From Lama guanicoe (lineage: Eukaryota), in the NCBI GenBank assembly GCA_013239625.1, contig MU053881.1:3803957-3867956 (forward strand): a DNA stretch of 64,000 bases, given 5' to 3'. The translations under genes and the position numbers were made by a program. The notes below the pieces were generated by a model. That model made no database searches. It was not told the origin of the DNA and saw only the letters and a program-made list of their open reading frames with translations. Of this stretch, positions 24,868 through 37,849 are shown piece by piece. Numbering within the stretch: position 1 is the first letter of the stretch; each line of letters opens with the position of its first letter.

Positions 24868-25150
24868 CAAATACCATACGCTATCACTTATATGTGAAAA
24901 CTAAAAAAAAAAAAAAAAAGACACAAATGAACTTATTCACAAAACAGAAACAGACTCATAGACATAGAAAACCGACCTATGGCTACGGGGGGGTAAGGGG
25001 GTGGGAAGGGATAAACTGGGAGTTTGAGATTTGCAGATGCTAACTACTATACATAAAATAAACAGCAAGTTTATACTGTAGAGCACAGGGAATTATAGTC
25101 AGTCTCTTGTAGCAACCTCGAATGAAAAAGAATATGACAAGAAAAAAAAT
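24868..25150 (+). mobile_element. Young L1 3' UTR fragment
   Basis: 'atcacttatatgtgaaaactaaaaa...gacacaaatgaacttattcacaaaacagaaacagactcatagacatagaaa'. Confidence 0.88.
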
Positions 25151-25521
25151 TAGGCACTAAATGAGCATTAAAAAAAGACACTTTGCTAGAAAATAATAAA
25201 ACCATAAACTAGAAAAAGCATAGATGTTGGGTCATTCGTCCTAGACACCCTCAAACATTGTGAGCTCCAAATTTTGTAAAATGGGAATAATAATCGCTTT
25301 ATGTCAGGGCTATTCCAACGGAAAAAACCAGTATCACTACGTTCATTACGTTATCAGGAGTAAAGCACACAGTAGGCGGCTCAAGACAGAGAGGTTCCCT
25401 GTCTCTTCAGTCTATTCACTAATCTCAGTTTCCTCACTAATATAGTTAAATCTTGTAAGTGGCTTTTCTTAGAGCTGTAGGTGGATAAATATCAGAAGGG
25501 AGACTCTGAGCTGTGATCTTT

Positions 25522-25647
25522 TTTTTTTTTCCGACGGGGGTGGTAATTAGGTCTTTCTTTCTTTGTCTTAATGGAGGTACTGGGGGTTGTACCCAGGACC
25601 TCCTTCATGCTAAGCATGTGCTCTACCCCTGAGCTGTACCCTCCCCT
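25522..25647 (-). mobile_element. Camelid tRNA-derived SINE (Vic-1 type)
   Basis: Perfect 11-bp TSD CTGTGATCTTT (25511-25521 / 25648-25658); poly(T) tail; A and B boxes. Confidence 0.92.
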
Positions 25648-26099
25648 CTGTGATCTTTGATGGAGTAGAACAAATTGCAATCTGGCTGGGTTGTCCAGGG
25701 AGCCACAGAAAGAGGGCATCTCACAGAACCTCATGCTCAGTGTTCATTGGTGGACTGAAGCTTTAAAGGCTGCAGGAATCAGGAAGGAGTGTCCGCTGGG
25801 GCTGTGTGATCAGGAAAGGATCCCCAAGGCGGTGAGCAAGAACTCAGCACAGTAACACCATTTCCTGATCAACCTGCTCTCACAGGAGCTAACAGGATTT
25901 TTAAGCATGCCAGAAAAATGTACACATACGACATCTTGCATAGGGAAGAAAAATCTGAGCTCCCTTCCTTGGTTAATTTTTTCAAAGATGAACAGCAACA
26001 ATGTGAGAAAATAGTTCTTAATAGTAAAGCCTTGTAAACACACACAAGCACACACATACACACACGCATACACGCAACCAAAACCCAAATCAAAACAAA

Positions 26100-26325
26100 A
26101 ACTAGCCTTTGGAGTCAGACAAGCCCTGATTTGGATCCTGGCTTCTTTGTTTCCAAGCTGTGAGACTTGAGGCAAGTCTCTTAATCTCTCTTGCCTCAGT
26201 GTCCTTCTTTATAGAATGAGAATACTGACAGCTACTTTTCAGGGCTGTTAAGAGTGCGTTAACACACGAAAAGCACGCAGCTCAGAACGTGGCACGTGGT
26301 AAACATTCATTATCTGGCATTTAAT
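26100..26325 (+). mobile_element. Near full-length MIR
   Basis: 'tttggagtcagacaagccctgatttggatcctggc...cttgaggcaagtctcttaatctctc...ggcacgtggtaaacattca'. Confidence 0.88.
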
Positions 26326-26565
26326 ATTTTGAGCATTGTGTCTGGCACTAGAACATTAGTTCAGGATTCTGTGGGTAAAAGCCCTTCCCAAACTCAAAAG
26401 TCATTTGTTCAACTTTTTTATGGAAATTTTCAAACATATAAAGAATGAGAGAGAGTAGTATAATGAATTCTCCTCTGACCACCTCCCAGCTCCAACATGC
26501 GTCAATTCATTGGCCACTTTTGTTTCATTTTTATCTCTTCCCTACTCCCTAACTTTGCTGTATGT

Positions 26566-26700
26566 ATTTAATTAATTTAAAAAACTGAGATAAAATTGAC
26601 ATATAACATTATGTTTGTTTTAGATGTACAACATAATGATTCACTATATGAACATATTGCAAAATGATGATCACGTTAAGTCTAGTTAACATCCATCACA
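26566..26700 (-). mobile_element. Short L1 3' end nested in an older L1MC fragment (~26410-26760)
   Basis: Antisense L1 end 'gagataaaattgacatataacatt...gtacaacataatgatt'; TSD aactttgctgtatgt / aacttggtgtatgt. Confidence 0.75.
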
Positions 26701-27651
26701 AACTTGGTGTATGTTGCAGCACATTTCAGATATTTCATCCACAGCTATTGAAAGTTATCTTGAAGTTAACTTCTTAGTTCTCGCTTTGTCAAGGGAAATA
26801 ATCCAAATTCCTTTTTTGTACATGAAGTTTATGAAGGTAAGATTTATGGAGAGTAAAATTAACCCTTTTTAGAGAGCAGTTCTGGGTTTTGACAAACCAA
26901 AAATTCTTTTGACAGTTTTTCAGTTCCTTTTTCAACTTTAAAAAGCGTGTATCCCAGGACTAAATAGATGAATAAATATACAAAGTTTTTACTGTCTGTA
27001 TTGACCTTCACATAGAACAAGAGGAAATAGCCTTTTTTCGTGGCCTCCTTAATCACAGTTTATTATGCCTTGGAAACCTAATGTGTTTGATCGCCTAGAA
27101 CATAACCCAGGAATAGATTTATTAGCATCAAGCATTGTTTAGAGCAACTGAGTTTATGTTGATGATTTCATTCCAAATGTTCATAATAAAAGGTTTCTAA
27201 GAAGCTTGATTATTATTGGGTTTATTCATATTAACCCTTCAGCATGCCCCAATTAAGACTGTGTTCAATCCAAATAAAAATAACTTGGTTAATTAAAAAG
27301 AGCTGTTCCTCTGGTAGCTGCTGTATGTTCAACAACACAGAAACAAAGGACCAAACAAACAAAAAAAAAAAAACAAGTGCAGATGCCAGGAAAAATACTA
27401 CTTCCTTCTTCCTGGGTCCTGGTTGACAGTCTGAGACTACATACCAGTCTGTTGTCTCCCGGTTACTTTGTCATCTCTTGCTCTCCAATTTTGAAGGATG
27501 GTAGAGTCCCTGGGTCACTAGAAACCCTGTGGACCACTTCATAATTTGGATAAATGTGAGAGTACAGGTCAAGTTCCCTTCTTTTGAACACCATCTCTAA
27601 AAGAACAACTGTGTTTACAGCAGCGCTTGCCTGGGGGCCATCAAAGCTAAA

Positions 27652-29495
27652 TGTTGTGTTTCATTAAGACTAATTTTCAACGGTTGAAGGTGTTAAGGAA
27701 CCATGAACTTTTGAGTCACCCAGGACCCTAGACCCTTACATGACCTAACCAGAAACGCTCTCCTAACCAATAATCAACAGAATTTACCTAACCAACTGTG
27801 TATAGACCTACGTACTAGCCTATCCAAAGGGCTAGTTCGCAAAGCTTAATTACCACAACAACCAACAACTCCCTTTTTTCAGCCCTTAAAGAAGTTTCAC
27901 AGACTTCTTCCTCCTTGGAGAACAACTCAGCGAATTTCTTCAATGGCCACATTCCCTTGCTTGGTAAGTTAATAGACCCATTTTTGCTTGTTTGTTATTG
28001 TTCTTACTGTTTTTGTTTGATTTCAAGTTACTTTGCTGCTCTGGTGGTCTTTGTTCCACTCTTGGGCGTAAAGGATGGAGGTTCCACTAACCCTGCCTGG
28101 GCTGGCCTCGCTCATGGGTATCCCTGATTCCTGAACTAGAGCATGTGAGCCCTTTTGTGTTCCGGTTTGGTCTCCCTGTACTGTGCGTGGGTCCCGCAGT
28201 CCTGCGGCAGTGATCAGGCACTGATGTGTGATTGTGTTTGTGACATCGTGGCTGAGTTTACTTTGACTAGGTTGTCACACTTTTGACTTCTTTTGTCATT
28301 CTGGCCAGCAATCTCCTGCAAGCCCTGGTTTTAACATGGGGTTTTTTTTCAGCAACACTTCAGTCTTGCTTTGTTGTGTTTATATGTCTATGGTTTGTCT
28401 GAAGAAGGGGAACAAATACTGCCTTTCCTTGAGCTTACTTAAGTCTGTCATTTTGCCTAAGGAAGGAATCTTTTCTATGCCTTTTTTTCTTTTCTTTTCT
28501 TTTTTTTTTTTGGTTAAACATAGGGACTGCCAAATTTCAAATCAGGTAATACCACACCCTTTTACTCCAATATAAACTATTTCAGTTCTCCAATGTCAGT
28601 CTTTTAATTGGCTGTAAACTCTGTTCTTATGTTGTGCCCTAAGATATCTGGTCCAGATAGAAGAAAACTAATGAATCAGATTATAAGTTCTCAAGTTCCA
28701 CAGGAGCCCTTACGGTAACTAGTTTATAAAGACTTAAAAACACTTACATTATTTTAAAATAAGAGAACTCAAGAGTTCCCAAAAGGCAAAAATAACTTAA
28801 CTGCTAATGCTTTAAATATTTTCATTCTTTCAAAGGGATGTTTTCCTGTTGAGACGGAAGCTCTGCAAAAGAGAAAGATTCAGCTGTGAGCTGATGGTGT
28901 TGGTTACTAGGTTACCCACTAAAAAGGAATGCAATTCATTTAGGGCTTTTAAACAATTTAAAGTGTTAATTGTTACCTGCTATAAAGTAAGAGAAATATT
29001 TATAATCAAGGTGAATCTTTAAAAATGAGCCTATTTTGATAATGACTTCTCTCTGATTTTAACCAAAGTATAAAAATAATGTTAACATTCTAGGTTATGC
29101 TGGAAAGGTTATTTAATCAGAATCTTCTCAGTTTCCCATGCTTGTCTTAAGCTAACATGACTTCCGTGGATGTTTCAAATTACAAACATATAAATCTACA
29201 TGTTCAATTAGATTGAACTATAACAGCCAATGTCTTCATAAAAAGGATTGATACTTGTAACTTTAGCCATGTCACAAATTACATGAGTCTACAGAACCAC
29301 TCGACTTAAACTATCGATGTAAATGCTAACATGGTGCTTTTTCCAAAGTGTCTAATGTCATTAGTGATTGAACTGTTTTTGGAGGATGGCTTACATTTAA
29401 TTTCTAAGATCCCCAATGGACTTTGACACTTTGAGAGTCACACTGAATAATTTTTATTTCAAATTCCTAAAGCAGAGAGGAAAATACGTGCCAAG
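27652..29495 (+). mobile_element. Old ERV1-like LTR (~27652-28025) followed by degenerate non-coding internal sequence
   Basis: LTR-like block with repeated 'cctaacca' motifs and a T-rich U5-like end in CA, followed by leader-like and AT-rich internal sequence as in MER110/MER34-type non-autonomous ERVs. No retroviral ORF. Confidence 0.5.
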
Positions 29496-29503
29496 TTGTA
29501 ATG

Positions 29504-29925
29504 TGTGTTACTTTCATACTGCCACTGTAACAAGTTACCATAAATTCAGTGGCTTAAGAAAACAAGTTTATTCTCTTACAGTTCTAGAAGTTAGAAGTCT
29601 ACAATCAAAGTGTTGCGAGTCTTCATTCCTTCTGAAATCTTTAGGGGAGAATATGTTTTCTTGCCTTTTCCAGCTCCCAGAGGCCACCTGCATTTTTTGG
29701 CTGCTTCTTTCAATATTCAAAGCCAGCAGCTAAGAGTCTTTTCATCTCTCTGACCTCCTACTTCCCCGTGATTACATCAGACCCATCCAAATAATACAAG
29801 ATCATCTCAAGATCCTCAACTTAATCACATCTGTCAAATCCCAATTGCCACGGAAGGTGACATAATCACATGTTCTGGGATGATAAGGTGGACATCTTTG
29901 AGGGGTCACTGATCAGCCCATCACA
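29504..29925 (-). mobile_element. MaLR LTR (MLT1C/D-like)
   Basis: 'ctgtaacaagttaccataaattcagtggcttaa...ttattctcttacagttctagaag...cttaatcacatctg...ggacatctttgagggg'. Confidence 0.88.
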
Positions 29926-32900
29926 CATGAAATTATTTTAACTTTAATTCCTGCCTGTACACGAATTCATTTATTTTTTTCTGCCACATTTATGATTTTT
30001 GACATAGTTATTTCAGATTTTTTTCCTGTGAATTGACTCAGTTTTCCTTATAAATAAATAGCAGTATCTCAGCATAAATATAAGTAAAATTTTAAAAAAT
30101 ATATTTTTTTTGAATAAAGATTTGCCATTGTACCACCAGTGGCATGCTAATCACAATTTGTGGAAGACTGTTGTGATCAAACAGACAATGCCATGGGAGT
30201 GCTTTAAGCCATGCCAACCCATTGCAACACCACAAGACCAGAAGTCAATAAAAACCCAGCATCCACCAGTCCAGCCTACTTCCTCCATTGTCCTAAAGCC
30301 TCCTTCTCCACTAGCATTTGCCTTTTATACCTTCACAAAGTCAAACCCTCGGGCTTGCCCCTCTCTCTCCTTGTGTGCCCCTTGGTCTTGACTTTAGAAT
30401 TTGGTTTCCCAGCTTTGATCTTTCATACTCAGTACATCCACTGCAATAATTAGGATTCTGTGATTGCAAGCAACAGAAACCCAATTCGGGCTACTAAAAC
30501 AGCAACCAAAAAAAGAGACTTAGTGGAAGGATTAGGGGAGCTTGCAAAATTGAATGAGAAGCAGAAAAACCCAATTCTGTACAGGGAGAGAACCAGGGCA
30601 CCTCTGAGGATCAAGGGCACAGCAGTTAGTGGGCAGTGTCTCTAGGAGATGCTAACCATCTTCACACTTTGACTCTTCCTTAGTTGTTCGGGGTCTGCAT
30701 CAAGGCAGATCCATCTCTGGCTTCCTGAAAGTCAGCCTTATTTTCTTCCTGTTGCCCAGCCCTTTGTGGGGGGAGTCTTGCAGAACCCCAGCCTCAGCCT
30801 TTGAAGGCTTGAGTCACTTTGGGCAACACACTTCACTTCTTTTAGTCTCCGTTTCCTTATATGTTAAATGGGAGACCTCTTGGGGTTTGGGGAAAATAGC
30901 TGTGAAATGCAAAACCACTAGAATGGAATGGATACAAGCAAAGCTATCAGAGCTACAGAATCCTGGGTTCAAATCCTGATCAAAATGTACACTAGCTATG
31001 TATCTTTGTGCAATTTTTTATACTTCCATTTCCTCGTCCATGAAGTGGGGATAATAATAATATTTACCTTATTGTAATTAACCTTGTATCTAGCACATAA
31101 TAAATGCACAGTAATGTGAGCCATACAAGGAAAAGAGGCAACAGATGTGATAATGACCTTGTGAAGTTACCATTATTAATCATTCCTCCTTGAGGGTGAG
31201 GAGTGAAACCATACCTCCTCCCACAATTAATAGAACAGTTGGGAGAAATTTCTGTCTTACAGTAAACTTTTCATGCAGGAGAAAGGAAGCCCTTGGTAGG
31301 AATGGTGGCTAGATCTTAACTCTCTGTAATCACCAGGCTCATGTCTCTTCTGGAGCCTGAGGTGTTCTTGGCACATCTTTTATAAAAGTCAGCCTTGCTT
31401 TCTTCCTGTTGCAAATTGCATGCACATTTCTGCTCCCTGCCACCAGCCTCCATTTCTCAGCCAGCCTCCTCCAGCCTCCCTCTCCCCCTCTCCTAATGAG
31501 AACGAGTTGACTTATAATTAAGGTCATATTTTATCGGCCGGGAAAGTCAGTGGCTGGCATGGCTGGTGTGGCTGGGGCTCTACAGCTCCGCTCAGCGTTC
31601 CTTTGGCGGATTACCTGCGCGGTGATGGCCATCAGTGCTTGTTTCAGGCTAGGGACAGAAGGATGGTTTTGATGGCCTGAAATTAACAACCGGATTTATA
31701 GCTTGTAAATAGTCCTTGTGGCGAGATTTTCCTTCCCTGCTGTAACCCCCTCTTCCCGTTCAGACCTCGTTGAAGGATCTCTTGCCAGGAGTGTGAGTCT
31801 CAGAATGGAAAAGCAAGAAGAATCTTTTTCTAGCATTGCAATTTGCTTCTGCCAAGAAGTCTCTAAGGGGCCTCAATGGATCTCTGCACCAGGTCTCCCC
31901 TTCTGGGATGGGAACAGCTCCATTGGTCCACTGCAGCCTTCCCGCCCACGTCCTCCTCAGATCTTGATCACTCACCTCTCACCCTTTCATCTCTTGTCAC
32001 AGAGCAAGAGCACTTCACATCTTTTTCTCTTATTTGTAACCTGTCTCTTAACATAGTGGTCCCTGCAAAAAGACAGGCAGTTTTCCCGGACACTCTGGCT
32101 GTTATGGTGATGGAGGAGCTGGTTTGGAAAAATGCGAACTTCCTCCAAACCGCTGAAGTCAATCTAGGCTGTTGGATACTGAGAAGCCTGGCTGGCTTTG
32201 CCTGTTTTCAAGTCGCACTTGCTTCTCTGCTGCAGACAACTCTGCAATGAGAACTAAGCAGAAGTCGCCAGAGAGATCTCCTCTGGGACAGGAAGTTTCC
32301 CATTAGAAGCCAGCAAGAGAACAATCCACGTCCAAACAGCTTTCTGGTCCATTGGCTCTGAGACTGGCGGATGGGCCAGCGCTCACAAGCAAACCGGACC
32401 AACTTGGAGAGAAGGGACCCTGAGCTCGCTTTGTCCAGCTCACACAGCCGCTGCGCAGTTGGAGGCGTGACTCACCCCTAAACGGCTGCCCCAGGAGTCC
32501 AGCATGGGCGACAGTCAGTCCCTGCTTACTCGTTATCCACGGGAACATGAGAGTCTCCCACCGCCTGCCCTCTCCCCTCCCCCAGTGTCAAACCGAAATG
32601 TTTTAGATTAACATCAGGGTTTTAAATGCGAACGGCATGCCAGCAAGTCCCTAGACAACATTATTTAGTCTCCTGACGTCAGCCGTTTGTAGTGACTGTA
32701 CATTGTAGTGGCACCTTCTGTAGAGTGACACTGACGTCCCTCTGCTCCAATAAGTTGATTTTCCCATCACGGACTGATTCATTGGGCAGAAACCACAGGT
32801 TCACATGCCGCCGCGTGGGCTGAACTGTGTGACCCCTGTGCTGCCAAAATGAAAGTATATCATGGTGTTTTCATGCAAACAAGCATGCGGAAGCAGTTAG

Positions 32901-35900
32901 CTCTTATTTAGTTAGATTTTTAGTTTTCCTTCTCGTGGCAACATGACATTTCCTGACACCGGGCTACAGTCTGCTCTTTTGGGTAGCATTCTCATGTTGG
33001 AATTTGCCTGTTACAGCCAATATTTACTGAGCTCATTAACGTGTTGGACGGTGCCGGGCCATTTCCATATGCTATTTCAGGTCATTGTCAGAGCAAATTT
33101 ATTGGAATAGGTGACATGGTCCTCGTTGAACCAAAGACGAAACAGACGTTCAGAGAAACAAGGTAATTGTTCAACTCACAGATGAGCTCAGGAAATATTG
33201 GCTATAAAAAGTAAATTCTAACAAATCATGTCATCTATAAGGGCGAATGGGATGTTATTTCTCTTCTTCTATTTCTATACCTCTTCCCTACACCAAGGTC
33301 CCTCTTCATCTCTTTTCTGGAAAAAAAATCTCTGCTCAGGAGAAAGTGCCCCGAGGCTTGAGATATCTGGATAGAACAGAGGCCACGCTGAGTCTTCAGG
33401 GTGGATTCTGCCCGCGGTGACTCCGGCTTCAACCCAGCAGCCTTGTCACTTGCCCTTTATCTTTGGACTTCAGTTCAAAAGAAAGTGATGGCTAAGCATG
33501 CCCGGCACCAGGGAGGAACGAATGGGCTTCGGCAAATGTGAACCCACCCTCCCTGATTATTTAAGCCTAGCCCAAACCAAACGCTGCTCTTTGAAGCCTG
33601 CAAACTTTTCCTCATTACTCATCCTTTCTGGTTTCCAGCCAACTTTCCACCATGGAAGTGCCCGAGGCCCAGAAGAAAAGTGCCTTCTTATCCTCGGGGA
33701 GGAAGTACCCCGGAGAGCTGTGAAAGCGCCTCTCAGGAGATCCCCCTGCTGGCTTTTCAGATCCACCAGCTTGAATCTTTGGGGAAACATCCAAAAATTC
33801 TAGGCTCTCCTCCAAATGGAAACTGACTCTCGAATCTTTGCAACCGTGTCCGTAAGCATTTCAGACCACTCACTGTGACTTCGGTTGTACCGTGGTGTGA
33901 AGTTTTGGACTGATGGCCCATCATAATACTTTGGTAAAATATGAAATTTCATGCTTTCAGATTACGGTTTCCACAAACCTTCTATTCCCAGATGTCCCTG
34001 TCTTTCGACAAGTGTTTGTTAAAATCGTTCTGCAGAATCAGCAACATTAGATCACTGGTTCAACAGCCTGCATCAATTAAGTACCTCTGTGTCCAAGTCC
34101 CAACTGGAAAATGGCTTTAAAAACAAAGAGGGATTATTGGCTCAGGAAGCTGAAAGTTCCAGAAGTTGTTGGTATCAGGGGAAGCTTGATCCAGGTGCTC
34201 ACAGAGTATCATCAAGGTTCAGTTTAGCTCCATTTCTTGGCTCTGTCTTTCAAGATGTCAGCTTCACTTTTAAGTCCCACATGCTAGCCTCCAGCAGGTA
34301 CAGGCTCCTCTCCGGCTGCAACTTCTGATACAGGAGGAGAACTTCTTCCCAAACTATCCAGGAGAAAAAGGAGAGATCCTTTTAGTAGCTCCCATGGAAG
34401 AGAGAATCTCTGTATCCTGGAAGCTCACAGCCAACATCTCCTCTCACCTCCTTTGTGTTGACTGTGTTTTATGAGTCTCATCAAACCAGTTCTCATGGCC
34501 AAAGGAAGGATTTTTAGGGCTTAAGTGAGGCCAATCCCACTCCAACCTCATGGCTGAGGAGCAGGGGTGGGTAGACTGCCAAAGGGAATTCGGGGCACTG
34601 TTTCCAGGAAAAAAGAAAGAGATGCGTGCGGGAAAGCATATGACACATATACAGTGTGCTCCCTCACGCTGCCATCTTCTGGATGGAAATACCCAGAAGG
34701 GAAGGCATTTGTCCAAGATGTTTGCGGCCCTTTGATGATTTCCCACCTCTCTGGGGCCAGGAGGAAGTCTTGTCCACAACCTACTAGGGAGGTCCTGTGT
34801 GATCTGCCCCTCCAGCCGCCCCGAGTCCCCTTCCTCATATACTCAGGCTCCAGCCACGCTGATCTTCTGTTTCTTGAACTTGCCTGTCTCCTGTCTGCCA
34901 GCCAGTCTTCCCACTGGCTGTTTCCTTGGTCTTCCCTCTCCGCCTTGTTAACTCTTGTTAAGTCTTACCCCAAGGCCACACCCCGAGGTCTCCTACCAAG
35001 GCGGCCTCCCCGGGCTCTTGTGTTCTCAGTGGTCCCATTTCTCTTACTGCACCAGCTAGGTCTGTGTCCCCACCCCGGCGCCCCCCACCAGATGGGTCCA
35101 TTCATTCATTCCTTCCAGTGAATGTCAAGTGAGTGACTCCTGGGTCAGGGCCCGTTCTGGGTGCTGGGAATGGAGCGGTGACCAGGCACGGCTTCACGGA
35201 GCTCAGAGGGTGCATCCCGGATTCCACCGCTCCAACCAGAAAGCAGGGATGGCCAGTCACCAAACAGTGACTGATGGAAGATGACATTTGAGATTCAACC
35301 CTCTGCCAGGGATTCTGGACGCTGTTACCAGCCCGAGAAGCTGTCTGGTTCAGGGCTTGTCTAGAAATGCATGACCCCGAGGTCAGGTCTTTGGTGCAGA
35401 AGGAAAATTACACTCGGGTTCAGCCCTCCCGTCCCCTCTCTCAGCCCCAGAGCTCATTCCATTCACCAAACCCTCGCTCCTTGACAGCTTCTGAACTCAA
35501 TCCTGTGAGTCCACCCCTTTGTCACCGGACCAGCTGGGGCCTCCCCAGCTCTCTCCTGTGAATCTGAAATGAGATCGTGGTGAGCAGGGACTTGGTTCTA
35601 TCTGTCTCTGAATTCCCTGCACCCTCCACGGGGTCTGAGTGTAACAGGTGCCCCATAAACATGAGTTCAATGAATAAGTGGTTCACCGGCCTCTGTCTCC
35701 TTCCCCATCTGGTCCCGTTTCCACCTGGGCTTGGAGTGATCCTGTGCTAACAGATGCGGCCACCTGGTGAAGGAGACGTTAGTGTCCATTTTACAGCGGA
35801 GGAGGCTCAACCTCCAGGAGGTGAGGCTAAGATCAGGGATGTAAGGTCACACCACGGAAGAACCAGGACATGACTGCGTCTGTCTGGTGTCACATTCGGC

Positions 35901-35927
35901 CTCTTTTTCCAGCACGCTTTGACCGAC

Positions 35928-36108
35928 AGCAGAGGTCCTTAATCTGGGCCGGGGGACTCCACAGTGGAGCGCCGGGGAGACGTGAGTGAACGTTTGGGAA
36001 ATCTATGCAAAATGTGGGGATGCATGCACACGTCTGCACGAAGGGGATCGTAGCTTTCATCAGATTTTCAAAGCTATCTGGAACCAAAAAACCATTAAGA
36101 GGAACTGG
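35928..36108. mobile_element. Old hAT-Charlie MITE (MER103-like)
   Basis: TIR-like ends cagaggtccttaa / ttaagaggaactg; internal 'tagctttcatcagattttcaaag'. Confidence 0.65.
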
Positions 36109-36684
36109 CCCGGGGATATTTTCTTTCTTTCTTTTTCCTTTTGACTGACACAAATGCTGACACACCACTGCCCCGCACCAAATCATCTTAATAGTGGGTT
36201 TCACGCTGAGCTGGGGCCCCTGTCTTCCTGGGGTACCACCCCGGCCGACCGCCGTGGGCGTCCACGGCCAGTCCAAACAGCGCCTGCTGCCTCCGTCACA
36301 TTCCTGAAGAATCGGAATCTAAGAAGGAATTGAGGATACAATGAGGTAAACTTCCAGACAAGATAAATACAGACAGTAATATAATCCTTACATGAAGAAT
36401 AAGGCTACTGTTGGAATCTCCATGCTAAAAAAAAAAATGCATCCAATTACAGGGGCACACCCAGTTGGAATTCTGGTTTCCACAATCTCTTTGCTTGTCA
36501 AACTTAATATCAAGGAAAATAAGCTAATTTGATTTGGCAAAGACTCACGCAATATGGAATTGATATCTGTGACAGCGACCTTTGATGTTTTGTATAAACA
36601 GTGTTTTCCCTGCTGGGGAAGCGAGAGTTGAATAATAAACAGAGTCTTCCCTTCTCTGCTCAGGCCTTTCCCCATCACCAGTAC

Positions 36685-36750
36685 CAAAAAGAAAAAAAAA
36701 AGAAGAAGAAGAAGAAAGAAAAAAGAAAAGAAAAGAATAAGAAAAAAAAA
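36685..36750. repeat. A-rich (GAA)n/(GAAAA)n simple repeat
   Basis: Directly visible. Confidence 0.9.
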
Positions 36751-36809
36751 CATAAGATAGTAAATCTTCTCTGTGGTTCACAAAACTCATGAAGGCAACA
36801 TTTGTTGGC

Positions 36810-37044
36810 CAATTTCTCAACCTTGGCACTGACACTGGAACCAGATAGTTCTTCCTTATGAAGATGGGTGGGGGGGCACTATCCTTTACAAGGTAGGATG
36901 TTTCCAAGAACACCTGGCTTCTACCCAGTAGATGCTAATAGCACCACCCCCTCCTCCACTCCAGTCGTGACGATCGCAATTGTCTCCAGATGTTGCCAAA
37001 TGTCCCAGGGTGGGGGCAGGATGGCCCCCAGTTGAGAACCACTG
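36810..37044. mobile_element. MER20 (hAT-Charlie)
   Basis: 'ttctcaaccttggcact...ctacccagtagatgctaatagcacc...tgtctccagatgttgccaaatgtccc...gttgagaaccactg'. Confidence 0.92.
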
Positions 37045-37076
37045 CCATAAAGTTAGAGAGGAAGATTATGAGAGGA

Positions 37077-37219
37077 GTGGGGGGAGGTATAGCTCAAGTG
37101 ATAGAGTGCATGCTCAGCATGCACAAGGTCGTGGGCTCAATCCCCAACACCTCCTCTAAAAATAAATAATTAAGTAAAGCTAACTACCGCCCCTCCCCTC
37201 GCCAAAATAAAATAAAATA
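37077..37219 (+). mobile_element. Camelid tRNA-derived SINE (Vic-1 type)
   Basis: 'ggggaggtatagctcaagtgatagagtgcatgctcagcatgcacaaggtcgtgggctcaatcccc'; (AAAAT)n tail; 15-bp TSD aagattatgagagga / aagattatgaaagga. Confidence 0.92.
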
Positions 37220-37625
37220 AAGATTATGAAAGGAAATTTTTCTTTCTTTTCTCTCAATTTCAGACACTGGTTGTCCTGAACAGGGCCTTCTGCTTGGGGG
37301 CGCCGAGTCATCATCTGACAGTTCCTTAGGAGTCCCCAGGGAAGAACCTTGGTTGTGTCACCTCCTTATCCCTCCCTCTGCTCCCAGGGACTTCAGACAT
37401 CTGCCTGGAAAGGGGCAGATCTCAGTACTTCTGATAGCTTAATTAATCACGTGATGCATCTGATCTCGTGGGAGCCTCTGCCTCGACAGATTTCCAAAGT
37501 TCAGGAATCGCCTGGTCCCTGGGCACACACTTTATGCTCCCTTTTCTGTGTCCTGGGGCATTTGGTAAAGTATGTTTTCTTTACAATGGTAAAGAATGTT
37601 CACCTGGATTTCAGCACGTGCAAGT

Positions 37626-37843
37626 CAGTGATGTTCTGCAGTTGGCATGCACCAGCTCCTGAGAGCCGATTGTCTGGTCTTCAGGAAATCTGTGAACCAT
37701 TTTTAGTCAGTCACGTTTGGAGCTTGACATGACCCATGATGAGAGAATTCATGCTGCAGAAATTGGCAAATAGCACAGATCCGAGGTCTCCTGTCCCCTC
37801 ACCTGCACCAACAACCAGTTAAGTGCCTACTGGTACCTCACTA
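37626..37843 (+). mobile_element. MER63A-like hAT-Blackjack element
   Basis: 5' end 'cagtgatgttctgcagttggcatgcaccagctcctgagagccgattgt'; internal 'gaaattggcaaa'; 8-bp TSD gtgcaagt / attcaagt. Confidence 0.75.
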
Positions 37844-37849
37844 ATTCAA

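Noticed and set aside
34567..35121. 184-aa ORF
   Set aside because: It spans old LTR-like and L2 fragments and has no coding signature.
37079..37155. tRNA-like sequence with A and B boxes (also at the four other SINE copies)
   Set aside because: These are SINE heads with A-rich tails and TSDs, not tRNA genes.
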